Source of the DNA: Chthoniobacteraceae bacterium
Lineage (GTDB): Bacteria > Verrucomicrobiota > Verrucomicrobiia > Chthoniobacterales > Chthoniobacteraceae
Length of the DNA stretch: 14,158 bases
Direction: 5' to 3'
Assembly (NCBI GenBank): GCA_031409335.1
Contig: JANNWY010000027.1
Span: 1-14,158 of the forward strand
The position numbers were made by a program, and so were the translations under genes. The notes beneath the pieces are model-generated. The model was not told the DNA's origin. It saw only the letters and a program-made list of their open reading frames with translations, and did not search any database. Positions 1 through 4,985 of this stretch are shown in pieces (the first letter of the stretch is position 1; each line of letters opens with the position of its first letter).

Positions 1-140
1 GCATGGGTGCGAGTTGTGGACGGAAGGCTGGGAAGTCGGATTGGCGTGTTGACATGCAACATGTTCTCCCAGAACACGTTGCATGTAAACAATATAAATG
101 CCTGAGCGCGTTTGTTTTACGCACTAATTGAGCGCCATTA
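1..140 (-). mobile_element. Probable end of an IS4-family insertion sequence (terminal inverted repeat at 123-140; element continues beyond the left edge)
   Basis: Minus strand 140->123 reads TAATGGCGCTCAATTAGT, 13/18 identical to the E. coli IS4 end as I recall it (TAATGCCGATCAGTTAAG). Kinase-like coding sequence starts right after position 140. Segment ~80-130 is AT-rich compared with the window. A minus-strand ATG at 4..2 could start a transposase running out of the window. No transposase is visible. Confidence 0.55.
47..91. repeat. 21-bp inverted repeat with 3-nt loop inside the putative IS end
   Basis: TGTTGACATGCAACATGTTCT (47-67), CCC, AGAACACGTTGCATGTAAACA (71-91): 19/21 complementary. 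Confidence 0.9.
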
Positions 141-331
141 GACTCCATGTGTCCATCACCGACAACGGCGTGGGGTGGCATCCCGACAGCGCCTCCGCCG
201 GACACGGCCTCGGCAATATGCGCGAACGTGCCAGCATGATGGGCGCAACACTTCACCTTTCTTCCAAACCCGGCATCGGCACCACCGTCCTGCTCGACGT
301 TGCTGCGAACAGTCGCTGGCACCGCTCCTGA
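141..331 (+). pseudogene. C-terminal HATPase_c fragment of a NarX/DesK-type sensor histidine kinase, 5'-truncated
   Basis: Translation LHVSITDNGVG...GHGLGNMRERASMMGATLHLSSKPGIGTTV contains the G1 (DxGxG) and G2 (GxGL) boxes and the terminal GT strand. An in-frame TAA at 125-127 removes the H-box, N-box and sensor. It ends 3 nt before a NarL-type regulator. Confidence 0.85.
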
Positions 332-334
332 ACT

Positions 335-1006
335 ATGGCCACCAATTCCAAATCTGACTCGCTGATCCGCGTCTGGATCGCCGAAGACCACGCCACTTAC
401 CGGCGCAGTCTGGAACGTCTCTGCACAAAGGATCGCGGCCTCGCTCCGGCCCGCGCTCTTTCCAACGGCGAAACGATGCTCGCCGCCCTCAAGCACGCGG
501 GCGCCGATGATTCTCCCGAAGTCATGCTGCTCGATGTCGGACTGCCGGGGCGCAGTGGACTCGACATCATCAAAGACATCCACCGCCACGCACCGCACTG
601 CCGCATCGTCATCCTCACCGTGTTCGAGGATGAGGCGAAGATTTGCGATGCCATCCGCTCCGGAGCCAGCGGGTATCTTTTGAAAACAGCGAGTGCCGAA
701 GTCGTCGCGGAAGCCATCCTCGAAGCCGCCAACGGAGGCTCCCCGATGTCGCCCAGCGTCGCCAGCCGCGTCGTTTCGCTGCTGGCAAAGTTGATGAAGC
801 CCATGCCGCAGAAAGTCGCGCTCTCGCCGCGGGAAAAAGAGCTCCTCACGCTCATGGTCGAAGGCTTGACTGCCAAGGAAATCGCCGACCGAATGAGCGT
901 CAGCATCCATACCACCGGCACGCACACCAAGAATCTCTTCACCAAACTCGAAGTCCACAGTCGCGCCGCCGCCGTCGCACGGGCGCTCCGAGATGAACTC
1001 GTATGA
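335..1006 (+). CDS. NarL/FixJ-family DNA-binding response regulator (REC + LuxR HTH)
   Basis: Receiver motifs IAEDH, LLDVGLPG (phospho-acceptor Asp), ILTVF and GYLLK. LuxR HTH LSPREKELLTLMVEGLTAKEIADRMSVSIHT...KLEVHSRAAAV. Confidence 0.95.
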   Translation: MATNSKSDSLIRVWIAEDHATYRRSLERLCTKDRGLAPARALSNGETMLAALKHAGADDSPEVMLLDVGLPGRSGLDIIKDIHRHAPHCRIVILTVFEDEAKICDAIRSGASGYLLKTASAEVVAEAILEAANGGSPMSPSVASRVVSLLAKLMKPMPQKVALSPREKELLTLMVEGLTAKEIADRMSVSIHTTGTHTKNLFTKLEVHSRAAAVARALRDELV

Positions 1007-1010
1007 AGGG

Positions 1011-1101
1011 GGGACGCTGTTTCACGGTTTCCACAGCGACGCATCTTTGAACTGCTGGCCAAGACCAACACGAATGAGAGCGCGGCCTGCAACGGCGTCC
1101 C
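1011..1101. repeat. 91-bp segment bounded by 14-bp imperfect inverted repeats (MITE-like remnant or terminator-like structure) between convergent genes
   Basis: GGGACGCTGTTTCA (1011-1024) versus TGCAACGGCGTCCC (1088-1101): 12/14 complementary. An internal alternative stem CGCTGT(1015-1020)/ACAGCG(1033-1038) is also present. Confidence 0.4.
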
Positions 1102-1138
1102 GAAGTCGAATGGAATACCGAACGCCTTCACTCCTCCC

Positions 1139-3421
1139 TCAATTGCGGAAGCCTTTTTCAGTGCCGGAGCGTTTCACTTTGGATTCTTGAATGGTGCCGG
1201 GCTTCCAATCTTGCGCCATCCGCACGTCGGCGGCCACGTCATCGGTTTGCTTGGGGATGTCCACTATGCCCGCACGGTTGTGGAGCACGGGCTGGATGGA
1301 TTGGCGGGTGTAGGCGGTGGAATAGTTTTTCCAATGACCGAGCGCGGCTTCGAGGTACTGCACGGCGGAGGTCTGTTGTGGCACGTCGCCGGTTTTGTCG
1401 AAGAGCGCGAGGTCGCAGGCACCGCGAATCTTCGCCGCGTAGTAAAGACCGAGATGGGACATGGCTTCGATGTCACCGAGCGTGGCGGCGTATTCTCTCG
1501 CGCTGGCGGCGGGAGTGATGTTGGCCCGCCGGAGTTCGGGCAGGGCGGCGAGTGCCCCGGTGGCATTGGAGTGCAGAGTGGCGGCGATTTCCTGCGGAGT
1601 GACGCCAGCGGGCATCTGCTTGGCGAGCAGGCCAGTGCGCCACTCGATGATGTTGAGCACACCCGCGCCGGGCATCGTGCCGCCTTCCATGAAGTGGCGC
1701 ACGGTGTAGAAGCCGGTTTTTCTCCGACACGCTTCAGGGAACCATTTCAAGTCGATGTCGCCCCAGAAGAATCGTGTGATGTCGGGAAACGTCTTCGAGG
1801 CATCGGCCCACGCGGCGGTGAGTTTCGGAACATCAGCACCCGCGAAGCGCGCAGCGGTGAGACGCTCGAACGTAGTAGCGGAGAGGTCAGGCTCGTAAGC
1901 GAGGCGTCCCCACAACGCGAAGGACAGCCATTGCTTTTGCATCACGGTCTGGCGCGGCGCGCCGGCGTCTTTGGTCAGGAAGTCGCGACCCCACACATAA
2001 CCATCCGGGCCCATGTAGAAGCCAGCGATCTTGTCCTCGCTGGGAATGGCTTTGATGAAGGCGCGGGCGTAATCCACGTCAGCCCAGCGGAAGCTGTAGA
2101 TGTCGTCATTGCGCACGGTGAGCCAACTGCGGAGCTTGGGGCTGAGCTCAGGGAGGAGCGGCTTGATCATCGCTGGCGCCGGCACGGAGTACATGTGCGC
2201 AACGGCGTATTTGAAGCTGACATCGAGAGTGCAGGGCAGTTCGGCGAACTCCTTTTTGATCTCACTCAGTCCTGTCATGTGGAAACGGTGAATGAGCCGG
2301 AACTTCCGCTCCGGCGTGTCTTTCAGCCCGTCGCGGATGCCCTCGCCATAGGTTTTCCAGAGCCACTTTTCTTTGGAGACATCCTTGAAGTCATCCTCCT
2401 TCATGGCCTCTCCCGCCGTGATGCCAAAGCCAGCGAGCAGCGGATAGGTCGTGATGGTTTCGCGGACGCTGGCGCGGAAATACTCGATCGTGCGCGGCGC
2501 AGTCTTGTCACTGGTGATGCCGTCCTTGCCTTCCGCTCCGTGGAGAAAGACGTTCCATGTGAACCAATACAGATCAATGCCGCGGTCTTTGCCGAGCTGC
2601 ATGACCGCGCGCCAGAACGCGATTTTTTCAGCGATGGTAATCCGCTTCACGACCTCGTGGTTGGCCAGCATCTTGGGGCGCACGAAGTCATTCCCCTGCG
2701 GATCAAAATCGGCACCGAGTTTCTCCTTGGTGCGCCAGACATCATCCAGCGCCACCTGCGGAAACTCCGGCACTTTCACGATGCTGGGGAAAGGATGGAG
2801 CGACCAGAGCGAGATCACGTTGTAGCGATGCCGGGCCATGTCGTCGAAAGTCTCGCGCCAGAAATCCATGCTCCACATTTCCGGGATATTTGCCTGCGCC
2901 GCATCCGAGGGTTCGGAATATGTCGGCGTGCGCAGATCGAGCGGGATGTTGAACTTGATGCCGCGCTGCGCGATGTGCGGCGTGTGGTCGGAGTCCTTCA
3001 ACGAATCGAGCGTGCCCGTGCGAATCGCCTCCGCCACATCCAGCCCGCCATACATGGCACCGGCGGCATCGGATCCGAACACGCGGATATTGGTGCCCTC
3101 ACGGGTGATGCGATAGCTTTGGGGGGCGGGGGCTTTGGCGTCCTTCTCGATGCTGAGAGTGATTTGTGCCTCGGTGGGTCTGGCGGCAGCCTCACGGCGA
3201 ATCTCTGCTTCTGCAAACTTGCCGGGTTCTCCGGTGGAGGGGTCGTTGGTCAGATTGAGGCTGGCGGCCAAAGCATGGCCGACGAAAAGATGGGCGGCAA
3301 AAAATGAGAGGAGGATTTTGGCTGGTGAAAGATGGCCGGAAAAAAATGAATACAGGCTCTGATTTTTTACCGAGAATTTTTTACCGGCTATAGCCAAGGC
3401 TGATGAGCGTGATGTGATCAT
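1139..3421 (-). CDS. Secreted glycoside-hydrolase-like protein (GH20/GH67-type N-terminal domain plus probable TIM-barrel domain); family not assignable
   Basis: 760-aa ORF with a signal-peptide-like N-terminus ending HALA|A. The segment PQSYRITREGTNIRVFGSDAAGAMYGGLDVAE...PHIAQRG matches the beta-hexosaminidase/alpha-glucuronidase N-terminal domain pattern. It is followed by FDDMARHRYNVISLW, typical of GH20/67/115-like barrels. ATG is 10 nt after the upstream stop. Confidence 0.75.
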   Translation of the reverse strand: MITSRSSALAIAGKKFSVKNQSLYSFFSGHLSPAKILLSFFAAHLFVGHALAASLNLTNDPSTGEPGKFAEAEIRREAAARPTEAQITLSIEKDAKAPAPQSYRITREGTNIRVFGSDAAGAMYGGLDVAEAIRTGTLDSLKDSDHTPHIAQRGIKFNIPLDLRTPTYSEPSDAAQANIPEMWSMDFWRETFDDMARHRYNVISLWSLHPFPSIVKVPEFPQVALDDVWRTKEKLGADFDPQGNDFVRPKMLANHEVVKRITIAEKIAFWRAVMQLGKDRGIDLYWFTWNVFLHGAEGKDGITSDKTAPRTIEYFRASVRETITTYPLLAGFGITAGEAMKEDDFKDVSKEKWLWKTYGEGIRDGLKDTPERKFRLIHRFHMTGLSEIKKEFAELPCTLDVSFKYAVAHMYSVPAPAMIKPLLPELSPKLRSWLTVRNDDIYSFRWADVDYARAFIKAIPSEDKIAGFYMGPDGYVWGRDFLTKDAGAPRQTVMQKQWLSFALWGRLAYEPDLSATTFERLTAARFAGADVPKLTAAWADASKTFPDITRFFWGDIDLKWFPEACRRKTGFYTVRHFMEGGTMPGAGVLNIIEWRTGLLAKQMPAGVTPQEIAATLHSNATGALAALPELRRANITPAASAREYAATLGDIEAMSHLGLYYAAKIRGACDLALFDKTGDVPQQTSAVQYLEAALGHWKNYSTAYTRQSIQPVLHNRAGIVDIPKQTDDVAADVRMAQDWKPGTIQESKVKRSGTEKGFRN
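3277..3389. repeat. A-tract/T-tract palindromic repeat (two direct units plus one inverted unit) within the 5' coding region of 1139..3421
   Basis: Units GGCCGACGAAAAGATGGGCGGCAAAAAAT (3277-3305) and GGCTGGTGAAAGATGGCCGGAAAAAAAT (3320-3347). Inverted unit ATTTTTTACCGAGAATTTTTTACCGG (3362-3387). The first unit is 26/29 identical to 7576-7604. Confidence 0.85.
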
Positions 3422-3431
3422 GTTGATGGTG

Positions 3432-4985
3432 TTATTGGGATGGTGCGTCGGTTCTGAAGGGGGCAGCGGGTAGATCTTGGCGATTGAAGAGGTTCACGTC
3501 GGGCACCTGAGCCCAGCCGAAGCGGACGGCCTTCGGAGCGGCGACCTTCTCGGATGACACGACGACCTTGTCACCTGCGATCATGGCATTGGCGGGCATG
3601 AACTTTCCATTGGCACCCGCAATGGTGAACCCTTTGAGTGTATCGCCCTTGGCCATGAGACCATCACCGATGTGTGTGAAAGAAATCACGGCGCGTTGTC
3701 CCTCAATGCTCATACTTTTGAAGACGGGGCCGGAGTATTCGATTTGCTCTCCATAGCTGAGGGCGCGGGCTGCGAGGGCGAGGCGCTCGCCCACTGGTTG
3801 CTTGCGAGTGGGATGGATGTTTTCCGCATTGCCCACGTCCGTGGTGACGACCATGGCGGTGTGCGGTGTTGCTTGCCAGATGCGTGCCTGCGCCTCGCGA
3901 AAGGCTGGGTGCGTGTCCCGGTACGGGGCCAATTGGACGAAGAGAAAGGGTAACTCGGGCCTCCACACTCGCCGCCAATCCGAGATCAGCGCGGGGAGCA
4001 GTTTTTCATACGCAGCGGCCTGGCCGGAATTTGATTCGCCCTGATACCAGACTGCGCCACGGATGGCAAAAGGCTCCAGCGGACCGATCATGCCATTGTG
4101 CAAGGCGCTGGGGCAGTCGTGGCAACGCTGTTTCGGCATCTTGGGTTCGGGCGGTACCGGCACGCCTTGGGCTTTGGCCGCTCTGACTGCTTGCGGGTGG
4201 ACTTCATCACGCTGATGCTGGAACTCTCGATAAGTCGTGGCGATGTTCTTGAATTCAGCGGGTGACACGTTTGCCCACTTTTCGATCAGAGCACCTGATT
4301 CGCCAGTCGCCAAGAGCGTTTCGGAGCGCATCCATGACTCAATCCGGGTGCCGCCGACTGAGCTGACGAGCAATCCGACCGGCACTCCGACTTTCTGCAC
4401 GAGGTCTCTGCCGAAGTAATAGGCCACTGCCGAGCACTCGGCGACTGTCGCCGGCGATGTCGGCATCCATGCGCCCGTTGCGTCTCCACATTTTTTTTGG
4501 TCAAACTGATGATCCACCGTGAAAAAACGCAGATGAGGGTGCTCCGACAGGGCGATTTCCGTGGCGGCATTTTCGACGCTCTTCATCCGAAAGTGCATGT
4601 TCGACTGCCCGGAGCAGAGCCAGACATCACCCACAAGGACATCGCTGATTTTGAATTTTCGATTCTCGATACTGGACTGAACGGCAAGCTCGCGTCCCTG
4701 GGCAGAGGCGGGCATCGGATCGAGTTTTAGTATCCAATTGCCGTTCGCGTCGGCAGTGGTTGCTTTGTTCTGGGTTGCGAAGGAAACGGTGAGTTGCTCA
4801 TTTGGATTTGCCGAACCCCAAATCGGCACGGTGGCATCACGCTGAAGCACGATATGATCGGTGAAGAGGCCTGCAAGCTTGAGATCGCCCTGGACGCGGA
4901 TGCGGGAACTTTGCGCGGCATCCTCGCCCAAAGCCATCGCGTGAGCGGCAAACACCCAACTGAAGAATGCAATGCGTGTGCGCAT
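3432..4985 (-). CDS. Sialate O-acetylesterase family (SASA, SGNH-type) carbohydrate esterase, secreted
   Basis: Motifs LFTDHIVLQR, GDVWLCSGQSNM (catalytic Ser block), GGTRIESW, GAVWYQGESN, NIHP and LFNRQDLPAAPFRTD. N-terminal signal peptide. The start overlaps the upstream stop (TAATG at 4987-4983). Confidence 0.93.
   Translation of the reverse strand: MRTRIAFFSWVFAAHAMALGEDAAQSSRIRVQGDLKLAGLFTDHIVLQRDATVPIWGSANPNEQLTVSFATQNKATTADANGNWILKLDPMPASAQGRELAVQSSIENRKFKISDVLVGDVWLCSGQSNMHFRMKSVENAATEIALSEHPHLRFFTVDHQFDQKKCGDATGAWMPTSPATVAECSAVAYYFGRDLVQKVGVPVGLLVSSVGGTRIESWMRSETLLATGESGALIEKWANVSPAEFKNIATTYREFQHQRDEVHPQAVRAAKAQGVPVPPEPKMPKQRCHDCPSALHNGMIGPLEPFAIRGAVWYQGESNSGQAAAYEKLLPALISDWRRVWRPELPFLFVQLAPYRDTHPAFREAQARIWQATPHTAMVVTTDVGNAENIHPTRKQPVGERLALAARALSYGEQIEYSGPVFKSMSIEGQRAVISFTHIGDGLMAKGDTLKGFTIAGANGKFMPANAMIAGDKVVVSSEKVAAPKAVRFGWAQVPDVNLFNRQDLPAAPFRTDAPSQ
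4647..4681. repeat. Degenerate heptamer tandem array inside the esterase CDS (encodes QSSIENRKFKI)
   Basis: Plus strand reads GATTTTG AATTTTC GATTCTC GATACTG GACTGAA: 7-nt periodicity in an AT-rich patch of a GC-rich gene. Confidence 0.55.

Noticed and set aside
62..76. Verrucomicrobia LexA box
   Set aside because: The spacer is 5 nt rather than the 4 nt of TGTTC-N4-GAACA, so it is not called as a feature.
128..331. 67-aa ORF as an intact small protein
   Set aside because: It is only the end of a kinase ATPase domain, and its TTG start lies within the putative IS terminal repeat.
1187..3307. 706-aa plus-strand ORF, and other long antisense ORFs (397..1131, 5099..6106, 8107..8796, 11702..12664)
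   Set aside because: They mirror well-supported genes on the opposite strand and have no recognisable motifs. Such shadow ORFs are expected from high-GC codon bias.
4113..4124. CHDC in the esterase as a heme-binding site
   Set aside because: The sequence is CHDCP, not CxxCH. At most it is a disulfide or metal pair, which cannot be supported from sequence.
4491..4498. T8 homopolymer (A8 on the coding strand) as a phase-variation tract
   Set aside because: It is short, the frame is intact, and it is explained by Gln-Lys-Lys codons.
4942..4952. FAAH in the esterase signal peptide as another copy of the A/T-tract repeat
   Set aside because: Only about 11 nt match and there is no second A-tract or inverted arm, so it is indistinguishable from chance.
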